32,000 bases of DNA from Candidatus Saccharimonadota bacterium (GTDB lineage: Bacteria > Pseudomonadota > Gammaproteobacteria > Enterobacterales > Enterobacteriaceae), in the NCBI RefSeq assembly GCF_004296475.1, contig NZ_AP018162.1, positions 1 to 32,000 of the forward strand. Reading direction: 5' to 3'. Position 1 is the first letter of the stretch. The number at the start of each line of letters is the position of its first letter. The notes below the pieces were generated by a model. That model was given only the letters and a program-made list of their open reading frames with translations, was not told where the DNA came from and made no database searches. Of the stretch, positions 1-9,108 are shown piece after piece. Both the position numbers and the translations under genes were made by a program.

Positions 1-49
1 AATAATAATATCATAAAATTAAATATTATATTAATTTTAGTAAAAAAAA

Positions 50-1171
50 ATGAAACTATGTGTAGATAGAGATATTCTTATAAGATCACTAAAATATATA
101 AGTAGTATAATATATTATACTCAAAATTTAGATATAATTAAAAATATATTATTAATAATAAAAGATAAAAATTTAAAAATAATTGGTACTAATTTAGAAA
201 TTGAAATAAGTATTAATATTCCTTTATTAGAATGTAATAAAAATGATAAGTTTTTAGTTTCTATTAAAAAATTATTAAATATATGTAAAGTTACAAAACC
301 TAAAACATTTATATATATAAATAAAGAAGATAATTTTTTATTAATAAATTTTAATAGATCTAATTTTAATATTTTAACATTAAGTAGTATAAATTTTCCT
401 ATATTTAATGAAAGCAAAATAAAATTAGAAATATGTATATCAAAAAATACATTAATTTTATTAATAAAAAAAACTCAATTTGCAATGGGTAATAATGATA
501 TAAGAAGATATTTAAATAGTATATTTTTTGAAATTTATAATAATAAAATAATTTCTGTTGCTACTGATGGTCATAGATTATCTTCTTACAAGGTAAATAT
601 AAATAACGGACCTGAAAAAAAAATTAGTATTCTTTTATCTAGAAAAGTTGTAATTGAAATATATAAATTATTAAATAATTTAGATAATTTATATGATAAT
701 ATAAATATATATATATGTGAAACTAATATATGTATTATAATTAATAATATTAAATTTTTATCATTAATTATGAATAATACTTTTCCTAATTATATTAATA
801 TAATATTAGAAAATAAAAATAATTTTATAATAATAAATAAAGAAAATTTAAAAAATTCAATATTAAGAGTTTTATCTATATCTGATAATAAATTTTGTTG
901 TATAAAGTTAAAAATAAATAAAAATAATTTAATTATAAAATTATCTAATTCTTATAAAGAGAAAGCAAAAGAAATTATAAATATAAATGATTCTAGTAAT
1001 ATTAAAAGTGATTATGAATTTGGTTTTAATTCAAAATATATATTAGATGTTTTACATATATTAGAAAGTGATAAAATAAAAATACATTTTTCTGATAATT
1101 TATCTTCTATAAGAATAGAAGATATAAATGATATTAATAGTAATAATATTATCATGCCAATAAAATTATAA
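50..1171 (+). CDS. dnaN: DNA polymerase III beta sliding clamp
   Basis: The 373 aa ORF is collinear over its full length with E. coli DnaN (366 aa). Matching stretches include 'GTNLEIEI', 'ATDGHRLS', 'FPNY' and the C-terminal 'IIMPIKL' (E. coli 'VVMPMRL'). It has an ATG start and TAA stop and lies directly upstream of gyrB. Confidence 0.93.
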   Translation: MKLCVDRDILIRSLKYISSIIYYTQNLDIIKNILLIIKDKNLKIIGTNLEIEISINIPLLECNKNDKFLVSIKKLLNICKVTKPKTFIYINKEDNFLLINFNRSNFNILTLSSINFPIFNESKIKLEICISKNTLILLIKKTQFAMGNNDIRRYLNSIFFEIYNNKIISVATDGHRLSSYKVNINNGPEKKISILLSRKVVIEIYKLLNNLDNLYDNINIYICETNICIIINNIKFLSLIMNNTFPNYINIILENKNNFIIINKENLKNSILRVLSISDNKFCCIKLKINKNNLIIKLSNSYKEKAKEIININDSSNIKSDYEFGFNSKYILDVLHILESDKIKIHFSDNLSSIRIEDINDINSNNIIMPIKL

Positions 1172-1178
1172 AATTAAA

Positions 1179-3596
1179 ATGAATAATTATGATTCATCAA
1201 GTATTAAAATATTAAAAGGTTTAGAAGCAGTAAGAAAACGTCCAGGTATGTATATAGGAAATACTTATGACGGAACTGGATTACATCATATGTTTTTTGA
1301 AGTTATAGATAATTCAATTGATGAAGTATTATCAGGATATTGTACAGAAATAAATGTAATATTATATGATGATAATTCAATATCAGTAGAAGATAATGGT
1401 AGAGGTATACCTATTGATATATATAAAGATGAAAATATATCATCTGCAGAATTAATTATGACCACATTGCATTCTGGTGGAAAATTTGATAATTTGTCAT
1501 ATAAAATTTCTGGAGGATTACATGGAGTAGGTATTTCTGTAGTTAATGCATTATCAAAAAAATTAAAATTGCAAGTATATAGAAATAATAATATATATGA
1601 ACAAAATTATATTTTTGGAAATCCTGAAGATAAATTAAATATAATAGGAAAAACTAATAAAATAGGAACATTTATAAAATTTTTACCTGATAATAATATT
1701 TTTTTAAATAATAATAAGTTTCAATATAATATAATTTTTGAAAAATTAAATGAATTATCTTTTTTAAATCCTAATTTAAATATAAATTTATATTATGAAA
1801 AAAAAGATTTAAAATATAATTTTAATAATAAAGATGGTATAAAATCTTTTATAAATGAATTATCAAAAAATAAAGTATTAATAAATCAAAAGATATTTTA
1901 TTTTAAATCAAATAAAAATGATATAAGTATTGAAGTTGCATTACAATGGATAAATGGTACAAATGAAACTATATATTGTTTTACTAATAATATAAAACAA
2001 AAAGATGGTGGTACTCATTTATCAGGATTAAAATCATCAATAACAAAAACAATAAATTCTTATATAAATAAAGAATTAATAAATAAAGTAAAAAATATAA
2101 GTATTATAGGAGAAGATACTAGAGAAGGTATATTAGGAATAATATCATTAAAATTTTCTAATCCAAAATTTTCATCTCAAACTAAAGATAAATTAATATC
2201 ATCAGAAATAAGATCTATAATAGAATCTATTATATCAGAAAATTTAATGGAATTTTTATTAGAAAATATAGATGATGCAAAACATATATTAAATAAAATA
2301 ATACAATCAGCAAGAATAAGAGAATCTACAAAAAGAACTAAAGATATAATAAGAAAAAATATACAAAATAATAATGAATTATTTAATTTAGTAGGAAAAT
2401 TATCAAATTGTCAGGAAAAAAATCCTATTTTATCTGAATTATATTTAGTAGAAGGAGATTCGGCTGGAGGGTCTGCTAAACAAGGAAGAAATAGAAAAAA
2501 TCAAGCAATCCTTCCTTTAAAAGGGAAAATATTAAATGTAGAAAAGGCTAGTTTTGATAAATTAATTTCTTCTAAAGAAATATTATCATTAATAACTGCT
2601 TTAGGATGTGGTATAAATAAAAATGAATTTAATATAGAAAAATTAAAATATCATAAAATTATAATAATGACTGATGCTGATATTGATGGCGCTCATATAA
2701 GAACATTACTATTAACATTTTTTTACAGATATATGCCTGACTTAATAAATAAAGGTCATATATATATTGCTCAACCTCCATTATATAAAATAAAAAAAAA
2801 TAAATTTGAAAAATATTTAATTAATAATGATGAATTAGTTTATTATCAAATAAAGTTATCAATTAAAAATTTATTATTTATAAATATAAATAATGAAATA
2901 TTAGATAAAGAATATGTAGAAAATATATTATTAGATTTTTATAAAATAATAAATATAATAAAAAAATTATTATATAAATTTTCTAATTTTATTTTAGAAT
3001 GTTTACTATATTTTGAATATATATTAGATATAAAATCATTAGACGAATATGAAAAATTAAATGAATGGTCAGATAAATTTATTAAATTTATAAATTTAAA
3101 AAGTAACAGTAAATATTATAATTATTATATAAAAAAAAATTTAACATTAAATAATTATGAAATAATTATAGTAGAAAATATTAATAATATTTCAAATAAA
3201 TATATAATAAATCATATATTTTTAAATAGTAATGAGTATAATTTATTTACTTTATTTAATAAAAAAATTTATAATAAAATTATAAAAGGAGAAATAATAG
3301 TTAAAAATTTAAATGATAAGATTTATTTTAAAACAATAAATTATTTATTAAATTGGATAATTGAAAAATCATATGAAGAAATATATATACAAAGATATAA
3401 AGGGTTAGGGGAAATGAATCCTAAACAATTATGGAATACAACTATGAATCCAGATAATAGACATATGTTAAAAGTTATTATAAAAGATAATAAAACAGTA
3501 AATGAATTATTTTCTATATTAATGGGAGATTTAGTTGAACCAAGAAAAAATTTTATAGAAAAATATTATGTATTTGCTGATAATATAGATATATAA
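1179..3596 (+). CDS. gyrB: DNA gyrase subunit B
   Basis: The 805 aa ORF carries the GHKL ATPase N-terminus 'LEAVRKRPGMYIG...GLHHMFFEVIDNSIDE' and the TOPRIM motifs 'ELYLVEGDSAGGSAKQGR' and 'IMTDADIDGAHIRTLLLTFFYR'. The C-terminal 'RYKGLGEMNP.QLW.TTMNP' is also present. The length fits the proteobacterial form with the large C-terminal-half insert, which here is very N/I/K-rich. Confidence 0.97.
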   Translation: MNNYDSSSIKILKGLEAVRKRPGMYIGNTYDGTGLHHMFFEVIDNSIDEVLSGYCTEINVILYDDNSISVEDNGRGIPIDIYKDENISSAELIMTTLHSGGKFDNLSYKISGGLHGVGISVVNALSKKLKLQVYRNNNIYEQNYIFGNPEDKLNIIGKTNKIGTFIKFLPDNNIFLNNNKFQYNIIFEKLNELSFLNPNLNINLYYEKKDLKYNFNNKDGIKSFINELSKNKVLINQKIFYFKSNKNDISIEVALQWINGTNETIYCFTNNIKQKDGGTHLSGLKSSITKTINSYINKELINKVKNISIIGEDTREGILGIISLKFSNPKFSSQTKDKLISSEIRSIIESIISENLMEFLLENIDDAKHILNKIIQSARIRESTKRTKDIIRKNIQNNNELFNLVGKLSNCQEKNPILSELYLVEGDSAGGSAKQGRNRKNQAILPLKGKILNVEKASFDKLISSKEILSLITALGCGINKNEFNIEKLKYHKIIIMTDADIDGAHIRTLLLTFFYRYMPDLINKGHIYIAQPPLYKIKKNKFEKYLINNDELVYYQIKLSIKNLLFININNEILDKEYVENILLDFYKIINIIKKLLYKFSNFILECLLYFEYILDIKSLDEYEKLNEWSDKFIKFINLKSNSKYYNYYIKKNLTLNNYEIIIVENINNISNKYIINHIFLNSNEYNLFTLFNKKIYNKIIKGEIIVKNLNDKIYFKTINYLLNWIIEKSYEEIYIQRYKGLGEMNPKQLWNTTMNPDNRHMLKVIIKDNKTVNELFSILMGDLVEPRKNFIEKYYVFADNIDI

Positions 3597-3598
3597 AA

Positions 3599-5056
3599 TT
3601 ATTTATAATGTATTGTTGGAAACAATATCACATCTTTTATATCATCTGAATTAGTTAATAACATTATTATTCTATCTATACCTAATCCTAATCCTGCTGT
3701 TGGAGGTAATCCGTATTCTAATGCTTCTATATAATTAAAATCGTATTTTTTATTTTTTTTATATTTTAATTGATCTTTAAACCTGTTTAATTGATCTTCG
3801 GAATCATTTAATTCTGAAAAACCATTACCTATTTCTACACCACATATAAATAGTTCAAATCTATCTGCTATTTTTTTATTTGAATTTTTTCTTCTTGATA
3901 AAGGAGATACTTCTATTGGATAATTTAAAATAAATGTAGGATTTATTAATTTATTTTCAACGCATTTTTTAAATATTTCTAATTGAATTTTTCCTAATGA
4001 AATGTTATTTATATCATTACAAATATTTAACCCAATTGATTTTGCAAATTCAATACAAGTATTAATATTATTAATATTTTTTTTACTTATATTAGTAAAT
4101 ATACATATAGATTCTATTAAATCTAATTTATTGAATGATTTACTAAAATCTATTATATTATTTTTATATTTTATTGTATACTTGTTAAAAATTTTTTTAC
4201 ATAAATATTTAAATAAATCTTGTATTAATTTAATTAAATGATCATATTTAGAATATGACATATATAATTCAATCATAGTAAATTCAGGATTATGATTTTT
4301 AGATATACCTTCATTTCTAAAATTTTTACTTATTTCAAATATTTTATTAAATCCACCTATAATTAATTTTTTTAAATATAATTCAGGTGATATTCTTAAA
4401 TATAATTTTTTTTTACTAAAATTTATTTTTGTACAAAATGGTCTTGCATCAGCACCTCCTGGTATTGATTGTAATATAGGAGTTTCAACTTCTATAAATT
4501 TTTTTTTAATTAAAAAAATTCTTATTTCATTTATTATTTCAAATCTTTTTAAAAAAATATATCTAGATTCTTTATTTGAAATTAAATCTAAATATCTTTT
4601 TTTATATAAAATCTCATTTTTTTTTAATCCATGAAATTTATCTGGAAGAGATTTTAAACATTTTACTAATAATATTATTTTTTTAGCTTTTATAGATAAT
4701 TCATCAGTTTTGGTTCTAAATAATATTCCTTTTATCCATATTATATCTCCTATATCTAATAATTTGTCTTGATATACATATTCTTTATGATTTATTTCAG
4801 AAACAGAAATATATATTTGTATAGATTCATTTATATCTTGTATTTTTATAAAAGTTAACTTTCCTATTTTTCTTCTATATATTATTCTTCCAGAAACATT
4901 AACTGTTAAATTAATTATTTTTAATATTTCTTTACTTTTATCTTTATATTTACTAATTAATAATTTTAAATCTTTAGATTTAAAATTATTAGGAAATAAA
5001 TTTTTATTTTTACTATTTAATAATTTATTTTTTCTTATTAATAATTCATTTTTCAT
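3599..5056 (-). CDS. lysS: Lysine--tRNA ligase (class II)
   Basis: The 485 aa ORF has an OB-fold N-domain followed by a class II catalytic core, with motifs 'FIEVETPILQ..PGGA.ARPF', 'FRNEG' and 'ELF..G.E..NGFSELND'. The C-terminal 'GLPPTAGLGLGIDRIIMLLT' is present. It lies immediately downstream of prfB, as in the E. coli prfB-lysS operon. Confidence 0.95.
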   Translation of the reverse strand: MKNELLIRKNKLLNSKNKNLFPNNFKSKDLKLLISKYKDKSKEILKIINLTVNVSGRIIYRRKIGKLTFIKIQDINESIQIYISVSEINHKEYVYQDKLLDIGDIIWIKGILFRTKTDELSIKAKKIILLVKCLKSLPDKFHGLKKNEILYKKRYLDLISNKESRYIFLKRFEIINEIRIFLIKKKFIEVETPILQSIPGGADARPFCTKINFSKKKLYLRISPELYLKKLIIGGFNKIFEISKNFRNEGISKNHNPEFTMIELYMSYSKYDHLIKLIQDLFKYLCKKIFNKYTIKYKNNIIDFSKSFNKLDLIESICIFTNISKKNINNINTCIEFAKSIGLNICNDINNISLGKIQLEIFKKCVENKLINPTFILNYPIEVSPLSRRKNSNKKIADRFELFICGVEIGNGFSELNDSEDQLNRFKDQLKYKKNKKYDFNYIEALEYGLPPTAGLGLGIDRIIMLLTNSDDIKDVILFPTIHYK

Positions 5057-5068
5057 ATTTTAAAATAA

Positions 5069-6157
5069 TTATCTATATAATAATTTTAAATTTGGAATTA
5101 TAAATATATCTAATTTACCATTTAATATAGAATTTATATTATTTGTTTTAATACCAGTTCTTATATCCTTTATTAAAGAATTATCTAAATAATATGATCT
5201 TATTTGATTACTCCAACTTATATCAAATTTTGATTTTTCAATATTTTTATTTTTTATATTTATTTGATTATCATTAAATGATTTTACTTTTTTTTTTAAT
5301 TGATTTAAAGCATGTTCTTTATTTATATGTTGAGATCTATAATTTTGACATTGAACTACTATTCCTGTAGGAATATGTGTTAATCTAACTGCAGATTCTG
5401 TTTTATTAACATGCTGACCACCTGAACCAGATGATTTATAAAAATCAACTTTAACATCTTTTATATCAATATATAAATTTTTATTAATATTTATTTTAGG
5501 ATATACAAATATAGAGCTAAATGAAGTATGTCTTTTATTAGAATTAAGTAAATTTTTTTTTATTAATCTATGTATTCCATTTTCTGTTTTTAACCATCCA
5601 TATGGATAATATCCATATATTTCTATAGATTTTAATTTTATACTATTATTTATGTTCCCTAAAGATTCATTTATTATTTTATATTTTAAATTTTTATTTT
5701 CAAAAAATTTTATATACATTTTAAATAATATATTAGACCATTCTTGTGATTCATCCCCTCCTGATCCTGATTTAATATTCATCAGACATGGTAAATTATC
5801 ATTATTTTTAAATAAAAAATATATTTCAATTTCATTAAATTCTATAATAATATTTTTTATATTTTTTTCTATTATTAATAAATAATTATTTTTATTATCT
5901 TTTTTATATATATCAAATAAATTATTTATATTATTTATATAATTTATATAGTTTTTATAAAATGAAATTTTTTTTTTTAATATTTTTTTTTCTTCATTTA
6001 GTTCAAAAAAACTAATATTATTTTTATTTTTTAATTTATCAATTACTTCTTTATATAAATATTCTAATTTTTTAATATCTATTTTTTTTAATATAATATC
6101 TATATCTTCTATTAATTTATTAAATTTATTATTTAGTTCATTAATTTTATAACTCAT
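5069..6157 (-). CDS. prfB: Peptide chain release factor 2, uninterrupted ORF without the programmed frameshift
   Basis: The 362 aa ORF has RF2-specific stretches 'YGWLKTENGIHRL', 'RHTSFSS.FVYP' and 'SSGSGGQHVNKTESAVRLTHIPTGIVVQCQN.RSQH.NK'. The C-terminal 'QIRSYYLD.S.IKD.RTG' is also present. The GGQ motif maps to nt 5414-5422. The gene sits upstream of lysS. The SPF position reads NLL (see findings). Confidence 0.93.
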   Translation of the reverse strand: MSYKINELNNKFNKLIEDIDIILKKIDIKKLEYLYKEVIDKLKNKNNISFFELNEEKKILKKKISFYKNYINYINNINNLFDIYKKDNKNNYLLIIEKNIKNIIIEFNEIEIYFLFKNNDNLPCLMNIKSGSGGDESQEWSNILFKMYIKFFENKNLKYKIINESLGNINNSIKLKSIEIYGYYPYGWLKTENGIHRLIKKNLLNSNKRHTSFSSIFVYPKININKNLYIDIKDVKVDFYKSSGSGGQHVNKTESAVRLTHIPTGIVVQCQNYRSQHINKEHALNQLKKKVKSFNDNQINIKNKNIEKSKFDISWSNQIRSYYLDNSLIKDIRTGIKTNNINSILNGKLDIFIIPNLKLLYR

Positions 6158-6163
6158 TAATAA

Positions 6164-7765
6164 TTATTTTTTTTTAGCTAATTTAAATGCTTCTGTCATT
6201 ACATTAGAAAAATTAGAATTTTTATTATAAATGCATAAATCTACATTTCTATTTTTTTTATCAAAATTAATTATTTTTACGTTTATAATATCATTTTCTT
6301 TTAATTTATTATTTTCAAGTTTTAAACTTCCATTTATATTATTATTTAATTTTACTAATACTATATTATCTTTTATACTTATTACCTTTCCATTTAATAT
6401 ATTACCTTTTTTATTATTTAAAATAAACTTATCAAAAGGATCTTCTAATTGTTTTAGTCCTAATGAAACTCTTTCTTTTTCTTTATCTAAATTAATTATA
6501 TAAGATATTATTTTATCTCCTTTTTTGTACTTATTATTTATATAATCTATAGATACATCATTCCATGAAATATCTGTTATATGTATTAAACCATCTATTT
6601 TATCATCACAAACTTCTACAAATATTCCAAAATCTGTTATAGATTTTATTATACAATATACTTTATCAGATATTTTATATTTATTAATAAATGTTTCCCA
6701 TGGATTTATACTACATTGTTTCATACCCATAGATATTCTTCTTAATTTAGTATCAATATTTAATATAGTTACATCTACTTTATCTCCTATTTTTACAAAT
6801 TTATAAGGATTTAAATTTTTATTTTTCCAACTCATTTCTGAAGTATGAACTAATCCTTCTATCCCATCCTCTATTTCAACAAAGCATCCATAATCTACTA
6901 AATTAGTAACATTACCTTTAAATTTATATCCAACAGGGTATTTATTTAATAAGTTATCCCATGGATCTTCTGTTAATTGTTTTAATCCTAAAGATATTCT
7001 TAATTTTTCAAAATCAAATTTTAATATTTTAATACTTATCTCTTCTCCAATTTTTAATACATCAGATGGATGTTTAATTCTTTTCCATGATATATCAGTT
7101 ATATGTAATAATCCATCTATTTTACCTAAATCTATAAAAGCTCCATAATCAGTTATATTTTTAACAACTCCTTTTAATATATCATTTATTTTTAATGATT
7201 TTATTACATTTAATCTTTCATTATTATTTTCTAAATCTAATATAGCTTTTCTAGAAAGAACTATATTACTATTACTTTTGTCTATTTTGATTAATTTAAA
7301 TTCTACTTTATTATTTTTATTAAATTCAAATTCTTTAAAGAAATTTATTCCTACTAATGATCCAGGTAAAAACGCATTTATATCTTTATTAAATATTTTT
7401 ACTGTAAAACCTCCTCTAACTTTTTCATTTACATATCCTTTTATTGATAAATTATTTTTATATATATTATCTAATAATAACCATGTTTCGTGTAATTTTG
7501 CTTTAGATCTTGATAGAACAGTTTCTCCCTTTCCATTATCTATACTTTCTAATAGAAAATTAACTTCATCATTTAAATTAACTTCTATATTATCATCTTC
7601 ATCATAAAATTCTTTTATATCTATAAAAGATTCAGATTTTAAATTAGAATCAACCATTATATAATTTTTATTTATAGATAATATTTTACATTTAATTAAA
7701 TCTCCACATTTAAATTTATTATTACTTTTATATTTATTAAATATAGAAATAAAAGATTCTTTCAT
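6164..7765 (-). CDS. rpsA: 30S ribosomal protein S1
   Basis: The 533 aa ORF is built of repeated S1/OB motifs such as 'G.V......G.FV.....I.GL.H.S..SW'. Its length and repeat count are close to the six-domain E. coli protein (557 aa). It lies downstream of aroA, matching the E. coli neighbourhood aroA-(ycaL-cmk)-rpsA. Confidence 0.93.
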   Translation of the reverse strand: MKESFISIFNKYKSNNKFKCGDLIKCKILSINKNYIMVDSNLKSESFIDIKEFYDEDDNIEVNLNDEVNFLLESIDNGKGETVLSRSKAKLHETWLLLDNIYKNNLSIKGYVNEKVRGGFTVKIFNKDINAFLPGSLVGINFFKEFEFNKNNKVEFKLIKIDKSNSNIVLSRKAILDLENNNERLNVIKSLKINDILKGVVKNITDYGAFIDLGKIDGLLHITDISWKRIKHPSDVLKIGEEISIKILKFDFEKLRISLGLKQLTEDPWDNLLNKYPVGYKFKGNVTNLVDYGCFVEIEDGIEGLVHTSEMSWKNKNLNPYKFVKIGDKVDVTILNIDTKLRRISMGMKQCSINPWETFINKYKISDKVYCIIKSITDFGIFVEVCDDKIDGLIHITDISWNDVSIDYINNKYKKGDKIISYIINLDKEKERVSLGLKQLEDPFDKFILNNKKGNILNGKVISIKDNIVLVKLNNNINGSLKLENNKLKENDIINVKIINFDKKNRNVDLCIYNKNSNFSNVMTEAFKLAKKK

Positions 7766-7786
7766 TTTATTATTTAATTTTAATTT

Positions 7787-9079
7787 TTAATGTATAATTG
7801 ATTTTAAACATTCAAAATAATTAGGAAATGTTTTATTTACACAATCAGGATTCATTATATCAATTTTAATGCCAGATAAAGGTATTAAAGAAAAACACAT
7901 TGCTATTCTATGATCATCATATGTATCTATATTTGCATATCTAAATTTATTAGGAGGTTTTATAGATATAAAATCTTTACCTTCTATAATTTCAGCGCCT
8001 ATTTTTTTTAATTCATTGGACATAGCAGATAATCTATCTGTTTCTTTTAATCTCCAATTATAAATATTTCTAAAAATAGATATTTTTTTATCATTAACAA
8101 ATAAAGATAAAATAACTGCTGTCATAGCAGAATCAGGTATATCATTTACATCTGCATCTATATTTTTTAATAGTTTAGAACTATTATAAGATTCTATAAA
8201 ATTATCACCAAATTTTATATCACCTCCCATTTTACTTATTAAATTAGTAAAATTTATATCACCTTGTATACTTTTTGATCCTACACCAAAAACTTTAACA
8301 GGTCCTGATTTTATAGCACCAGCTGCTAAAAAATAAGATGCACTTGTTGCATCTCCTTCTATATAATATTCTTTTGGTGATATATAGTTAGATTTTCCTT
8401 TTATGTAAAATTCTTTATAATCTTTATTTATAATATTTATTCCAAAAGATTTCATTATAGATAAAGTTATATTAATATATGGTTTAGAAACTAAATTATT
8501 ATTTATTTTTATTAAACTATCATTATAAGCTAATGGAGAAACTATTAATAATGATGTTAAAAATTGACTAGATATATTACCATTTATAGTTATTAAACCT
8601 CCTGAATATCCACCATTTATATTAATTGGAGGAAAATTTTTATTTTCTAAAAATTTTATATTCGCCCCCCCCATTCGTAATGATTCAACCAAATCTCCTA
8701 TTGGTCTTTCTTTCATTCTATTATTCCCAGTTATAGTTATATTATTATTTATTCCTAAAGATAATATAGATGTTAAAAATCTAATTGTAGTTCCTGAATT
8801 ACCTATAAATAATTCTACATTTTTTTTATTTATAATAGATTCTTTATTTCCATATATCTCAATTTTATTACTACTTACTTTATTTATTTTTATTCCTAAT
8901 ATTTTTAATGATGAAATCATATAATTAACATCATCGCTATCTAATATATTAGATAATATTGTTTTTTCATTTGTAAGAGCTGATATTAACAATGCTCTAT
9001 TTGATATACTTTTTGATCCTGGTAAGTTTACAGAACCATAAATTTCATTAATAGGATTAATAGTTAAAATATTATTCAT
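7787..9079 (-). CDS. aroA: 3-phosphoshikimate 1-carboxyvinyltransferase (EPSP synthase)
   Basis: The 430 aa ORF begins with the N-terminal signature 'LPGSKSISNRALLISAL' and also contains 'GNSGTT.RFL', 'MKERPIGDLV' and 'LKETDRL.AM..EL.K.GA'. The C-terminal 'DDHRIAMCFSL' is present. The length matches E. coli AroA (427 aa). Confidence 0.95.
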   Translation of the reverse strand: MNNILTINPINEIYGSVNLPGSKSISNRALLISALTNEKTILSNILDSDDVNYMISSLKILGIKINKVSSNKIEIYGNKESIINKKNVELFIGNSGTTIRFLTSILSLGINNNITITGNNRMKERPIGDLVESLRMGGANIKFLENKNFPPININGGYSGGLITINGNISSQFLTSLLIVSPLAYNDSLIKINNNLVSKPYINITLSIMKSFGINIINKDYKEFYIKGKSNYISPKEYYIEGDATSASYFLAAGAIKSGPVKVFGVGSKSIQGDINFTNLISKMGGDIKFGDNFIESYNSSKLLKNIDADVNDIPDSAMTAVILSLFVNDKKISIFRNIYNWRLKETDRLSAMSNELKKIGAEIIEGKDFISIKPPNKFRYANIDTYDDHRIAMCFSLIPLSGIKIDIMNPDCVNKTFPNYFECLKSIIH

Positions 9080-9108
9080 AATATTACATTTTATTTAAAA
9101 TTTTATAA

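Noticed and set aside
1-49. A possible 3' end of dnaA (frame 2 reads I-I-I-S-stop, with the stop at 14-16), or an oriC with DnaA boxes, upstream of dnaN.
   Set aside because: Four codons are no evidence for a gene. I found no TTATCCACA or TGTGGATAA-type box in nt 1-49 or in the 73 nt divergent spacer. Nothing can be called from this window.
121-417. Antisense or alternative-frame ORFs appear in the supplied track. They are 121-417(-), 4002-4241(+), 5652-5885(+), 6231-6503(+), 7278-7607(+), 17919-18104(-), 26049-26438(-), 27754-27987(-), 28336-28536(-), 28642-29013(-) and 31097-31339(+).
   Set aside because: Each lies entirely inside, and opposite to, a strongly conserved full-length gene (dnaN, lysS, prfB, rpsA, mraY, ftsZ, secA, groEL). 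Their translations are low-complexity F/I/L/S/N strings with no recognisable motifs. The longest (129 aa) sits in ftsZ, the most GC-rich gene, where stop codons are rarest by composition alone. There is no positive evidence for overlapping genes.
3611-3627. A perfect 7-bp inverted repeat with a 3-nt loop (TATTGTT-GGA-AACAATA) lies 15 nt downstream of the gyrB stop and is followed by a T-rich stretch. It could be an intrinsic terminator.
   Set aside because: The stem has only one G:C pair and lies inside the lysS coding sequence. In an essentially two-letter sequence, perfect 7-bp hairpins are expected many times per 32 kb by chance. This is not distinguishable from background without folding energies or 3'-end data.
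5069-6157. A programmed +1 frameshift site in prfB (CTT TGA C type).
   Set aside because: The ORF is continuous from a Met that aligns with the RF2 N-terminus, and there is no in-frame TGA. The frameshift is simply absent, as it is in a minority of bacteria.
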